From Moniliella sp. 'wahieum' (lineage: Eukaryota): 64,000 nucleotides of DNA. Each line of letters starts with the position of its first letter. Position 1 is the stretch's first letter. A program made the translations under genes and the position numbers. Location: the NCBI GenBank assembly GCA_003971905.1, contig RSEE01000020.1, positions 496,001 to 560,000 of the forward strand. Direction: 5' to 3'. Of this stretch, positions 13,177-26,416 are shown in pieces. Under the pieces are notes generated by a model, which saw only the letters and a list, made by a program, of their open reading frames with translations, did not search any database and was not told the origin of the DNA.

Positions 13177-14522
13177 ATGACCGACACCCACCCGCCCTCC
13201 CAGGGGCCCATCCGCCGCCTCTCCAACGCCATCCGAAAGTCCATCCACCTCGGCCCGGCTCCCAGCCCGCCACCGACGCTCACCCTCCGCCTGCCACCCA
13301 GTCGGCCCCGCCTGCTGATGAGCCCGAGGGCCCCCACGAGCACCCCCCCACCCCTGCGGGCCAATCTGCCGGTGAATCCGCTTCCCCTGCCGCCCCCACA
13401 TCCGAAGACAGGCCCAACTTTCTCCGCCGCGTCCTGTCCCCCAGCAGCGTCACCTCTGAGCCCACGGCTGCCTCGTCCGAGGCCCAAGCCAACCTACCCA
13501 CCTCGCCCCATCATGCTCGTCACCCTTCTGACGCCCATGGCAAACGCTACGTCTTTACCTCGCCCGACGAGGACCAAGCCACGCCCTTTGACGTGTTGGC
13601 GGTGAACGATGTGGATGTGGAGCATACGACCCACTCCCCCAATGGCAATCCCGATGCGCTCCCCGCAGCAAATCCACCTACCAGGCCAACCCCTGTACCG
13701 CGTCGAAAGTCCCACGTCCAAAGAACCGCATCACCCGCAACGCAGCGTCACCCTCCTGGACACGGGGGACTTTGTACAAGATCATGTGCTCAAGGCGGCG
13801 GCGCGCTTGCGTCATCCGCGCCGTGCATCTGAAACGGCACCTTGGTGTGCCGACCAAGCCGGGTTGGAGCGAAAGCACACCGAGGTGGCCGACACGCATG
13901 CCCACGAAGCCTTAGCCCTCGAACGGGAAGAGGACCGAGCCAAGGCCGCGCGCCTAGAACAGGAGCGCCAAACCAAGCTCCACGAAAAAGAACTCGAGCG
14001 CCAGGCTAAGCAGCTCAAGAAAGAAGTTGAGCAACAGGAAAGAGCCGAACGACCTCATCGGTCAGCTACCATCACAGCCGCCGGCTTGGGCTTTGCCCAC
14101 CACTCCCACGCCTCCTCCAACCACCCGGAAGAAGGACAAGCGTCGCTGCAGCATGCTGCCACTGTTGCTCCTGGTTTCGTGTCCCATTCGAAGCATGAGC
14201 ATGACAACCAACGGCCCACGTCTCCTTCTGACGGCGAAGGTAGTGACTCGGGTCCTTCCCCACTGGGACGTTTGACACGTGTCTTTTCGCACAAATCTAC
14301 CTCCCCACCTCCCCCTGCTTCGGGGCCGGTACGTCACGATGGCCTAGTCCATGCGTTGGACACGGGCGACGTGGTGCAGGATACGGTATTGGGCGCGTTG
14401 GCGTGGGAAGACGGCGTTCGTCAGCGGCAGCTACCTCGCCCGTCGCATCGCCTAAGGCAACTGCGACCACCCCGGCCCAACCGGTCCCGTCCTTGGGTGA
14501 GAAGGTGGACGAGGCGCCGTAA
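13177..14522 (+). CDS. Hypothetical Pro/Ser-rich protein with central coiled coil and a duplicated LDTGDxVQDxVL motif (frameshifted)
   Basis: ATG in ACAATG context (MTDTHPPSQGPIRRLSNAIRKS). Coiled coil ALEREEDRAKAARLEQERQ..EQQER. Likely stop ..EKVDEAP* at 14520-14522 after a frameshift. Confidence 0.65.
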
Positions 14523-16502
14523 GATCCTACGGGCGCACCATCGTCCATCGAGGTTAACGTCAGTAATCAGTACTCAGCCTTTGAAGCTTGAAGCGCTTGC
14601 CTTGCATGTTGGTCTCTGTTTCAGGACCTGGTCCAGGGAGGCACAGCACAAATCCACAAATCAAATACTTTGGATTCCTTTTTCTTGTTTCTTGCAGCCA
14701 GCCAATTGAAGCACGGGGGAGGGCAAAAACAACAACGACCTCGTCTCCTCCCGCTAGCTGGTTCTCTTGACCCAGTTCTACCGCCCCACCCCCACCCCCA
14801 CTCCTTCTGGGACTGGTTGGGCTCGGAGGGCATTCTCATCGATCTCACTGGGCCCGTCCGGTGCCGGACGGGCTGTTGCGTGTTTGACAAGAACGGTCTC
14901 TTCTTCTTTACTTCTTGCTTCGCTACTTTCTACTTACGTGCCTACTCTAGTATAACTGCCTGCGGCTTATTGTCCCAAGCCGGATGTGAATACTGTCATG
15001 GCATTGCATAACAAATTGGCATAGTAATGTCTGCCTTCCCCAGGGAATCAACAGCATACCTGATGCATATATCATGCAGTGATGCCGCTGTTCAGGTTAT
15101 CTCATCAGGTAGGGGAGCAAGAGATTCATGAAGCCATCTTGGGTAAATAGTATCGACCAAGCTGCAACAACATCATTATATTGCACGACTCACAACTGGT
15201 GGGAACAGCATATACATAAACATATAGATATAGTATCCCTTGCCGCGGGACGAACAATGAAGACTGGGCTTCCCCTGCTCGACCACTGCGCTTGCAGGCG
15301 TGGAGAGAGATTGGCACTCCGATTCGGGATTGGGGACCGCGTTCTGTGCCACATGATCAGGTCTTGGGTGGTCAGTCCCCCAAGGTCACGTACCAGGCGA
15401 GTGGCAGATCGCGGCCTTGACGTAGACCTTGGCCCCCAGGGAAGACAGTAGGCATGCCAGTGGAGCCTGAGGGCTCCTTAGTTAGCATTCGCTACAGCCC
15501 ACCTTCAATTGCCCGTGTCGCGTTGTCGTCCGAAGTGAGAACGAACGCGCGTCTCCCCTTGACTGTGTGAGTCTTTGATCTTTTTGCATGTTAGCGTGCA
15601 ATGGGACAGCTTGGCTGCGACGAACGAAGGACACTATCGGAGATTGGATTGACTATGATAATCAGTGTGCGTGGGGGGGCATCCGTCCATGGTCTGTCAA
15701 TGATGATGAGTAATGATTCTTGGAGAATGACCTTCACGGACCCCGATCCAGATGGCAGGTGGCTTGTGCGGTCTAGCGGCAGAGTCGTTCGGATCCGCAA
15801 CGTGCATCGTGCACATCACTCGTTCACTATAATTCCTATGGAGTCAATTCTTTTTGTGTGGTTGGCCGATCATGCAGTGGGACAAGCCGGCAGACTGGAT
15901 GTTAAGACCGAGGAGGTGTAATTGGACTTGGAACAGTGACTCTCTTCCTAGTGGGATCTACTAGGCTGTGCTTCATCAGTACTCATGCGATTGGAGACGA
16001 TGAACAAAGAAAGAAGGGAATCGGAAAAAAGAGGGCAGGGGCGACGTAGGATGCACACGCTAGCTCGCAGAGCAATGTGCCAGGATTTTGGTTGGTTGGT
16101 TGTGTTGACCGCGTAGTACGGCCATGGTTAAAGAAGGTAGGAGAGTGGTTTGCAAGAGAAGCGATAGTGTCGAGGGATAAGGAAAGGGGCAAGGGAAAGA
16201 GGACAGGACATAGGAAAGGCGAGAGGGGGAAATGTGATGATACGACAGACGATTTGACGAGATGTGACGATGCGATGATGCGAACGAAAATGGGTTGCGG
16301 CTGCCAGAGCACGCGGGGGATGCAGGAACGAAAGCGGAGGAAGCAGTAGAGAGAGGAAAGAGTGATGTTCGGTGAAGATACGACGAGGAGCAAAAAAAAA
16401 GAAAGAAGAAAAAACAAAGAAAATACCCGACGGTTCCCATCCCGACAGTGGTAGTACGTTATCGCACCACCTGCGAAGGAGTTGGGACTGGAGCATGGCA
16501 CG

Positions 16503-17390
16503 CTACGAACGTGGGGTAGGAGAAGGCGGGTCGTGCTGAGCTTCAGGACCAGAGGTTCCGAAGGTAGGTTTTGCAGTACGACCCTCGTGCAAAATGGCAA
16601 CAAAGCAAAAGGAAGGCAGAGTGTCCTTCCCCTGTGTTCGGGGCGTCCCATCCCTCCTGTGGTCTGCAAGTACGACGAGGGGAAGCGGTGGATAAAGGTA
16701 GGCAACGCCTTATGGTCCATGACGACAGGAGGTGGGAGAGGTGCCTTGAACGGCCCCATGGCACGCGGGGAACGACGATCCATCAGCGCTGCAGGTAGAT
16801 GGAGCTGCTGGCAGGCATCCACCGTACTCCTGTTGGAACGACGGGAACGGGAACGGGAACAAGTGGACGGCGTAGCGGGTCCGTCCCACTCGTCCGTGCG
16901 TTCGGTCCAAGCAGAATTGCCCCGGTCGTCGTAGAGCAACGCGAGGAAGACCGTACGGAGCTGGACCGAACCGAGCCCGAGCTCCGACGCGCAAACAGGA
17001 AATTGCACCCGAGGGAGGCACCTGTAAACTTCCTGCATCCGCACCTCGACATTCCGTCGAACAGTACAGTTCTCGCGTTGCAGACACTGGTTGCGCACAC
17101 ACCGTGCACACGTGCGCCAACCAATCGGTATCCGCTTGGGCTTTCATCAGCGCAGCATGAACTTGGGTGCTAGATCGCTTGGTTCGTCGTATCCGTTGGC
17201 CCGAGGAGCGACACGTGGCCTTTCCTCCACCTTGTAAAGCAGAGGGCGAGGGAGGGGGGGTGAGGTGCGCTTTGGGAACTGGCTTGCTGGGTGCGGTGGG
17301 AGAGGACGCGGGTGGCTGTGGTTGTGGTAATGGCTGTGGCTGTTGGTGTGGTACACGCGTTCGACCAGTTGTAGCTGCGACAGCCGTCAT
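16503..17390 (-). CDS. Ecl1-family (extender of chronological lifespan) small Cys-motif protein (3' end unresolved)
   Basis: ATG at 17390 (MTAVAATT). Signature WLAHVCTVCAQP....LYCSTECRGAD fits CxxC..LYCSxxCRxxD, followed by a Ser/Arg-rich tail across frameshifts. Confidence 0.7.
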
Positions 17391-19843
17391 GGCAGAGAGT
17401 TGGTGGCGTTGTGCAAAGTAAGGTGGAAGTCGGAAGAAAGGGTGCGAGGTGCCAGGTGCGAGATGGGGATTCAGGTGCTGCACTGTTGTGCCCTCCGTCC
17501 TCACACAGTATACTACTCAGGAGTACTCAATACTCAGTTCAGCCAGAACGATCGTCGACTCCTCAGCGCCTCAACCCTTTCAGTCCCCTCAGCCCCGCAG
17601 GCCTCTAGCCCTCAAGCCTCGGCGTTGAAAAGGTCTGAGCCAACGAGAGAAAAAAAACCAAGGTAAACAGCGATCGGCGTGTGCTGGGCACGCAGGCACG
17701 TGCCGCGTCACCGCGTCACTACCTTGTCACTAGTCACCATCACTACTAGGCTTGTACTAGTCACTAGTCACTCTAGTCGCACACTAGTGACTCGTCCTGT
17801 AGCCAACTAGTCGTTCGCACTTGCACTAGTACGACCTAGTCCCCGCGAGCACACACTGGCGGTGCAAAAGTGAAACGCGGGCTGGCATGCGGGGGGAGGG
17901 GCAGGGGTGGCGGTGGTGCTTCTGCGGGTACTCGATAATCGGAAACAGGAGCGATGGCACAGCTGCACAGGCAGTGTGGCCGGTGGCAGTGGAGGGAAGG
18001 GGCAACAGAGGGCTGGGAGGGGCGATGGAGGAAAGAGGGGTTCGAAATCACATGCACAGGGCATTCGCAGGACGTGTGAGCGGACGGATGATGCGATCCG
18101 ATCTGCCCTGTCTCTCTCTTGCCCAGATGGACAGGGCAGAGGAGCCCAAGGTTCAACGTTCACGTCGATGAAGTGGATGAAGGCAGTGAAGGATGGAATC
18201 GAACGAGCAGGGTACTCAACTGAGTACTGAGTCTCAGTACTCATGTACTGATGCAGACGTTCGATCAATGATGCATGATGCATGATGCATGATGCACATG
18301 ATGTTGAACAACCGAACGGGGGTCGGATCTCGGCGGTGTTCTTGCCTCGCCCAGCTTCCTGCTTTCAGCGCAATTCCTTGCATTTACCCGATGCCGGGCC
18401 GGGAGGCACAAGCACAGTGTGACTTCGGCCGCGGCATGCGGGGATCCTCGATATTCGATCATCGATCAACTTGATCGTCGAAGGTCGAAGTGGGCCCGTG
18501 GCGCGTGGTGGCACCTGGCGGCACTAGTCACATGGGCCATGTCGTACGGAGTTTGTTGCTTCAAAAAGTTGTGTGGAAGAAAGTTGTGGAACTTGAAGCT
18601 AGCTTGAAGCTAAAAAAAAAAAGCCTCAAGCAGCGGTATTGTATCTGGATGCATGCCCTCTCTCCGACCTTGGGTCCGATCAACCCCATCCGGCCAAAGG
18701 TCCAAGGCCTACCGATGGCTGATCAAATTGATCCAAATTGATTGTCTCCAGCATGCTCCTCGCGGTGCAGAGAGATAAGTGTTGGAGATCCAATCCCATT
18801 CCACTGGTGCTACTTCCATTTCTTTAGAAGTTACTTCTGTTACTTCATTCGCAGGCAGTTGCCTTGTTGAGTAGGTTGAGCGTTCAAGTTGAACTCAACA
18901 TTGGGGCCACCCGGTCACGGCTGCACCACTACTTAGTACTGACCATTCGCAAAAGAGAAAAGAAAGACAGCGCCATGCCTTGGCGTTGGTGTGGCATGTG
19001 ACATGCATGTGTGGCATGCGAGCATCGCTGAGGCTCAGCGATGAGGCTCATCGCTTAGCCGCTCATCGATCTCATCCATCATTTTCCCTTTTCACGCCCT
19101 CCGGTTACATGTTACAGGTTATACACAGAAGAAACCCTTTCGTGCATAGTCAGCGAATGTTCATTGGTGTCATCCATGCCTTCTACATCGATCATCAATT
19201 TCATCCCCCCGCATATTGTGACCAGTGACTAGTGACTAGTGACTGGCACACATGATGGCACGTGCGTGTGTTGTCACTAGCTTGCCACCTTGTCACTCAC
19301 TAGTCACTAGTCACTAGTCGCTTGACTATAGTCCCTAATCGGCTCGCTACGCTATAGCTGCTACTGCTACGGCAGGTATGAGTATAGCCTGGTATAGCAC
19401 ACGGAAGAGTGACTCTTCAAGCTTCAAGTGAGCTTGAAAAGCTCGATTGGCAAGCTATATTGTTCAATAGCCAGGCTAGTTCAGAGCAAATAGTGGCAGT
19501 CACTATGTTGTCTAGGGAACGCTGGGCAAGGGAGCTGATGAGACTGGAGTCCGGATGGTCCTCGAGGGTGATGCAATCGCACTGGTGGTGATGGTGGTGG
19601 TCTAAGCCAACCAGCAACGCCTAGTACAGAGGAACATCAAGCAACGAGTCGCCACCAGGGGCTAAGCTGCGGAACAGGGAAAAACAGGAGAGAGAAAACA
19701 ACGGAACTCCCAGGCCTGAGGAGGAACTGAAGGGGCATTGGCCAAAGCACGAACCACCCGATGGCTCAACACGAGCGTGTCATCGAATGCCCACAGACTG
19801 CGACCCACTTCTGGCTCATAACCATCAGGTAACATTGGTTTTT

Positions 19844-20190
19844 CGACGTGGCGCGAGGAGGCACACGCGACTTGCCAGTTGGCTGAGAAGCTGAAAGCGG
19901 GATACGGGAGCTGGAGGGCGAGGTCGAGGAGCGGGGGAGCCACTACAAGAGAAGAGAAGTCATCTGTGTACGGGGTTGATCAATTGGCGAGAACAGGAGA
20001 GGAGGACGCCAATGGACCATGGAGGAAAAACTACGAACCATTGCTTATAGACAGGGAAACAACGCAATAGAGGAAGAACATGGGACATGCAGGGAAGAAC
20101 AAGGGCAATATGGTTGCCGCACGGGCCACCTAGAAAGGGAAGGTAAACCAGCACGGGACGATTATATCGTCGCAAAGGAAAATACTGACA
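19844..20190 (-). mobile_element. Degenerate LTR-like dispersed repeat, family B
   Basis: Reverse complement starts TGTCAG. It shares blocks CCTTTCTAGGT.GCCCGTGCGGCA, AGCAATGGTTC, GGTCCATTGGC and CGCCAATTGATCAACCC.GTAC with 38759-39180, and further blocks with 51322-51700. No TSD identified. Confidence 0.65.
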
Positions 20191-20916
20191 ATGGGGCGAC
20201 CACGCGGTGGCGACCGGTTCACCTGGGAAAGAGGCGACCATTGTCGCACAGACACACGTACTAGGACTGGGGATGGCTCTCTGGTGTTTGTGCTGTCCAC
20301 CACGAACTGTCGGATTTAATTTGGTCTGACCCGATGCTCACGCCTTGCTGGGCAGGCAGCTCACCTTGTACTCCCAGAAGGAGGCGGCGTTGTCGGTTAG
20401 ACCAACCTGGGGGCGGGGTGAGGAAGGCGAAGTGAGCGCGTAGAAGGCTTGGCCAAGAGAACGGATACGTCATTGACGGCTCGTCCCAACAGGAGCGTGC
20501 TCGGACTGGGGTGGCCGTACCGGTGCGCGCGCTGCAAGGGGCTGCTGTTATGTAGTTTTTCTGCTTTGGGGCGCTGGCTGGCGGCGATGTGGGGGGGTGC
20601 TAGGGCTGCCCCCTGTTGGCCCTGGCGGGCATGAAATTTGAACGAACGCCGCGAACGAGCGAGGGCGCTGTGCCGGGGCGGGGGGCCGTGGCGCGGGGTG
20701 CGCCGCAGCTCCGACGGCCTGGCAGCGGCAGTCCTGCGGCTGCTCCGCTGCGCTGCCACGGATTGCTGCGGGCACCCCAAGGCCTAACCCCGCGGGGCGG
20801 CTGGTGCGCGCGCTCGCTTGCAGCCCGCTGGATGCGGCCCGCCACCACCGCTGTTCGGCTGCGCGCCCATCGACCATCCCCCGCTGGCTCTCGCGTTGGC
20901 CTGCGCGTGCTCCGCC

Positions 20917-23302
20917 ATGCGCACCGTCTGTGTTGCCTGCCGCGCACGCAAAGTCAAGTGCGTCGCCCTGCCCGCCCAGCACCACCCCCACCCCCCGCCC
21001 AGCTGCCAGTTCTGCCACTCGCTCGGCATCCCCTGCCGCCCCGCCCAGCGCCAGCCCGCCGCCGCCGCCGCCCTCCCCACCCGTCCGCGCGCCTCGCCAG
21101 CCCGCCGCCCATACCCCCTCCGCCTCCTATCCTCCCCCCGCCCCGTGCTACCCTGCCCGCCGCTGCCCAAGGGCGCCACAAGCGCGCAAACGCATCATGG
21201 CCCTGCTCCAGCAAGAACTCGTCACGCCCTCCACCCCCGCTGATCCTACTCCGTCCGAGGAACCACAGCTCCCCCCTCCCTCTCCGGGTTGTGCCAGCCT
21301 GTGCGGCGTGCCGGGCCTGACGCGTCCCGTGCTCGACGCGTGCATCGACCAGTACTTTGGCGCGGTTGGCACGTGTGTATCCCTTGAGCATGCCCCAATC
21401 GTACTTTATGCAGCGCTACCACCTTGCCATGCGCCCCTCCGCTGCCCCCTCCCCTTCGAGCGACACAGCGTCCATCCGGTCGATCCAGTCGATCCGGCGC
21501 CCTACAGCCAATCTTGATTCTTGCCGTCGCCAGCCAGGGGGCCTCGTCGCCCCACCTCAAACCCTGGTCCGAACGCTTACATGAGCGTGCGTATGCCCTG
21601 GCGACCGACTCCACAGTGCTCGAGGAGAGGAGAGAAACGGATGCGGTCGAAGCTATTTTCATCCTGGATCGTGCGGTGGGCGGAGGAAGCAGCAAGGCAA
21701 GGGAGCATATGCCCACTATGTTCGCTCGCCCCTCCACCATCCATCTCGGGATAAGTGCTTCCCTGTCGAATTTGCCCTGTACCATCACCTCAACGAGCCT
21801 AGTTGCCTCACAAGTTTTCTCGCCCCTCGAGACGGAACGACGGGCAGTGTGTTTGGACGTTGTGGGTGTTTGATGCACTGCGGAGCGCATCGACGGGCGT
21901 CATGTTTCGCGTCGCGGGACGAACAGGTGGGATGGCCGTTGGACTGGCTAATTTGGGCGAACGAAGTCGACCGTGGTCATGCTGGGGGAGATGTGTCGGT
22001 CGATTTGTCGGCAAGTCTTGTCACCAGCGGCGCGAGGGGGTAAGTGGTGGTAAGTTGGATGTGACCACCGCACTGGCCCTCGTGGACGAAGCACGTGCGC
22101 TTCCGATCAAGATGGAGGTCGATCTCGACTTGGTCACACGCCTAGACGGGAAGGGCGACGAACATTCTGCTCCCCCACCCGACCCGGCGGGTCTGGCAAT
22201 GACGGATGACCAAGTGCTGCGTTAGACGAAAAAGATCAATTTTCTGGTCGAGTGCCAATGGATCGTTTTACTGCTGTGGGTCACGTTTCATGCTACCCCG
22301 CTTCTCAAGGGTCGGTGGCTTGGCGTGGCCAAAGTGGATGCCGAGGTTCAACTGAGCGCGCACGCAGGCCCACCTTGCCCAAGTCCTGATCAAGCCCCAA
22401 AACCGACCCCGATACGTACCCCGTTTGTACGGGACATTATGGCTGCGTTCGTCCGATGTGGTGCGGATGATGGCTCTCGAACGAACCGAAGCGTCCTTGG
22501 GCACTACGACGGCGGGGGTGGAAAGGAGATGACGTCGTTGCAAGACCATTCGAGTCCACTTTGTCCGTGCCATGCTCCGTCCGCCCGTGGAGAGGGAACA
22601 CACGACGGAACCCCCTCCTCCTCTACCGTAGTTCACTTGCCCACCATTGCTTCCACCTTGTTCATGCGCTTCACATTCTCCCGGCCCTGCCAGGATCGAA
22701 GGATGGGTTGGTGGACGCGCTACGCTCCCTCGTCCGCCGGGCCCAACGCGCTTCCGCTTCTCACCCTACCGCACATATCCCACCTACCCCACCAGCCCCA
22801 CCTCTTCCTTCCCTCTCGTTCGTCCCACCCCCGGACGGGGAGGACGCAACACAGGCGCCCCCTCCCCTCAGTCCCATCCTCCCGGCTCTGGGTTCGACGT
22901 TGAATGGGACGTTGAATTGGACCGTCCAGACCCCTTCGAGCGGGAGCCATGACGGCCACCATCCCACCACGAGGACCGCCAGGCCGACAATCCCGACTCC
23001 CACCGACGCAAGTACCGTGGCCAGTACTACTGCCGGCAGTACTACCCGCCGCCAGTGGGATACCGATCGGCTTGCCTGACCCACTGTTGGACCTGGACCG
23101 CTTGTGGTCCGGGTCGGACGAGGCAGCGTTGGACCCCGCCAACTTGTTCCCGGCCGTTCCGGACGAAGGGCCAGACGAGGGACCGGACGAGGCAGGACTT
23201 ACCCCGCTCCTGTTCCCGCTGGACATGCTAGCTCCACCAACGGGTTGGGATGCTTCCACTTCTGCTTCTGCCACGTCTACTTCGGCTTCCCGGATGGGGT
23301 AG
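20917..23302 (+). CDS. Zn(II)2Cys6 fungal transcription factor (frameshifted)
   Basis: CVACRARKVKC-x14-CQFCHSLGIPC. Middle-homology-like segments LDACIDQYF, ILILAVASQGA and ETERRAVC/WTLWVFDALRS. Acidic C-terminal tail ending at 23302. Confidence 0.85.
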
Positions 23303-23600
23303 CGGTAGGCGTAGGCGACAGTTGGGCTGAGTGGGCTCCGTGGTTGTCCCGTCAGGGATCGAGGTGGGGTTGGGCTTGTTGAGGTCCTATTTTGGTCCGA
23401 TGGCGGGTGCAGGTGAGGAGGTAAGGAGGTGAGGAGGGAAGTAGGTGAGGACAAGGGGGTAGAGATTGGTGTGGATGTGAGTGTGGAGGAGAGCCACACT
23501 AGTCGCTGGCAAGTCACAGAACAGCCACAGTAGAAGTGTTCATCAGGTTAAGGGTGCAAGGTACCATGCGAGACAAGGTACCATGCGAGACGAGAAAAAG

Positions 23601-23690
23601 CAGAAGCAGAAGCAGAAGCAGAAGCAGAAGCAGAAGCAGAAGCAGAAGCAGAAGCAGAAGCAGAAGCAGAAGCAGAAGCAGAAGCAGAAG
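23601..23690. repeat. (CAGAAG)15 perfect hexanucleotide microsatellite
   Basis: Directly visible, and preceded by a 17-bp duplication CAAGGTACCATGCGAGA (23557-23590). Confidence 0.97.
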
Positions 23691-26354
23691 GAGGCAGAAC
23701 TTGAAGAAAAAGGAGTTGAAGGACGACTGATATGACGCGATGACGATTGATCTATTCATCGTCGAGCCGCGTGCATCGTGGCCCATCGAGTATCCTGGTA
23801 TTGATCCAATCTACAGCCATATGCCAGCAAACATCATGCACTCTCCATGCATTCTATCTATCCACTCTTCATCCAGTCCGTATATAGTCAGTTGGTACCT
23901 GAGTCCCACAGTCCTCAACCGTGTCCGTTTCGCCCCCTGCCTCTGATGCAATTGAGGACATGCCAGTGGCTTCGGTCTAGACGCGGCCGCTGTTGCACAA
24001 ATTGGATCAACGTGGGATACATCAGTGGTAGCAGTATATATAGTGCGTCTGAATCACAAGGGTGCACGATGTGATTGTTCCATTCGCCTGTGTTGATGAA
24101 GTTGATGTATTGGCGCACACTTGCAAATGGCGACAGATGAATACACGGATCGTCACATCAGTGATTCGTACTACATCCTATATCCTTCTTTCTCTCTGCC
24201 TCGGGCGCTGCCGCTTGCCTGCTGGCTTGCGGCCAAATCGCCCACACCAACTATATATACTAAGTAGTAGGAGAACGGCCAAGACGAACAGGAGGAAAGG
24301 CGGTATGTTATTGGGTCACTACAGGCTGGCTCGCCTCTATTTAAAGGACTCATCTACTCCGTTGAGCCTAACTGGAGCATGTTTCCTCTTATTATCTGTG
24401 CGACCAAGATCGAGCCCTTCCGTACGGCCGGGAGATCTGTGCGAGTGTTAGTTGGGCTTTGAGTCTCAACAACTGTGATTTTATCCTACTTCAAGTACTT
24501 CGTCTTTGGTCGTGAACCCAAATCAGCTCAAAGTTGAGCTGCCGAATCGAGATGTCAGTGTATTATGTCTGCTGTTTCCTGATCGACCTGATCCGAGTGT
24601 CTCGTTCTCATTTTGTGAGATTCTCCCCTGATGCTTTTGACGTTGTTGTTGCGGGAAGGGGCGGAGGACCTGCCCATTATATTTTGGGCCTTTTTCGTGT
24701 TTGACTGTTGCTGTCCCAACTCTGAACGTGGGGACCTTTAATTTCCCAACAGACCTTTCCCTATTTGGTTTGTGCTCTTGTTGACAGTCATTAATCATTC
24801 GCCTTTGTTCCTTCCTCTTCCCTCAGCATTGTATCTGTGGGTGCCTTAACGTTCCCATGGGTATACTGTACGCCTTTTTGTTCTATGTTCTTCCCCCTAG
24901 AGCGGGTCATTTTGTACCAACATCTCCTTGCGAATACTACATCCTTTTGACCCACCATGCAATACCCGCGTTACTCCCAAGCTCACCCGCAGTCCCACCG
25001 ACCTGCTTCCGCAACCACCCTCTGAATCTTTCCGAATCCTTTCGTCTTGGTATCCTTATCCGTCGAACTCCGTCTAGCTTACAATCTCCTCTGTACGGAT
25101 CTCGCTACCATCCTACAATATAGTTGAGTTTTTCGGGGACAGGACAGGATCTATCCCGCCTTGTCTTGGTCTGGGCCAACCTCCCAGCCAAAACCGTTTT
25201 CAAGATTCTGTGTCTACATGCAGGCGATAACCCTGCTCGTTCCGGTGCATACACTGTCAGCGTGATCTCGTACAGACCATATGGTCACATGGCCAGCCCA
25301 CGTACCCACTCTGTTATCGTCTCCATCTTCTTCTCTCCCTCCTCAACACGCACAACCTTACTTTGCCTTGCCATCCCAGCCGACGCCCCAATCGTGATGC
25401 CTCACCGGTTACCTCTCGTCTCTAGGCTCTGTTCGTTCGGATCCGCCAATAGCATTCAAGCTTCAAGCTCGGTAAACCGTGAGGGGGACCCTCTCTCCTT
25501 CAGGGGAAAGTACCCCTACACCCGGGATGGGGTTCCAGGTCGCCGCCCGCCCATGATGCATGACAGAAGGAGGGCAGAGCGGTGCGGGTGTGTCCCGGGA
25601 ACACCATATACCGGGAATCAAAATACTTGTGGAGAGAACGCGTACTCCAGACCCGCTGGCTCTGTTCCCATCTTTTGTGGTGACGGACGTAACCGGAACA
25701 TGTAACGCGTAGCGATGCTCTGGAGGATGCTCATGCACATGCCAGCGCTCAGCTGAGCCGCATTCTTGCGCTGTATGGGTCCGTCACCAAAATGCCCACC
25801 AACCAACGGCCCGTTGTGTGTTACGCGGTATGCATGGTACGATGTGCAGTATAGCGACCAAAACTCAGTATAGAAAACGGCGTCCCATGTGATATGTGAT
25901 AGGGTTCTTGGCATACTTTACTGTACTGAAGCGTATACCGATGAGTTAGTTACACGTGGCCATCCAAAGGTCTAAGGTCTAATAAAAAGGTCTGGCCCCC
26001 TTCTGGTCCCGGTTGAGCGGCAAGTGAAGCTAGTGAAGGTGAAATGGCCCCACGGGCTTAGAGGTGAGAGATATGGATCTGAGAAGGGTGGGATTTCTGA
26101 TGGGACTCTGCTGTAGTGTTCTTCCGTGCCGGGGTGGGCAGGTCAGTTGCTTACATGTTACTTCTTACATGTTACGTGTTACATCCAACCCGGAAGATAT
26201 CGATCCGGAAGCGGGAGGCCGCAAGCGGGCCGAACTGACCTGTTGTCCCGATCACCGGGCGCGGGTTGCTAGCTATTACATGTGACACGACTCGTCAAAG
26301 CTTTATAACTGAGTCTGTCCTCAGGCCTGAGTACCCCTGGAGTCCCCCCTGAGG

Positions 26355-26416
26355 CCTGAGGCCCACAGTGAACTATTTTACCTGAGGCCCACAGTGAACT
26401 ATTTTACCTGAGGCCC
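26355..26416 (+). repeat. 26-bp tandem duplication CCTGAGGCCCACAGTGAACTATTTTA (2.4 copies)
   Basis: Units start at 26355, 26381 and 26407 (partial). Confidence 0.95.

Noticed and set aside
15983..16500. Hydrophobic extension of ORF 15983-17098 as a membrane protein
   Set aside because: It is likely read-through into the pyrimidine-rich 3' UTR of the Ecl1-like gene.
23481..23786. ORFs with (KQ)n, (SR)n or poly-Leu
   Set aside because: Artefacts of the (CAGAAG)15 microsatellite.
23950..25950. Lower-GC stretch with medium ORFs (e.g. 25124-25705), possibly a decayed element
   Set aside because: No recognisable motif, termini or second copy in the window.
12468..26405. CACAGTG motifs as the TIRs of one 14-kb Transib/RAG-like transposon
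   Set aside because: The copies face outward, no TSD or transposase is visible, and ordinary host genes lie between them.
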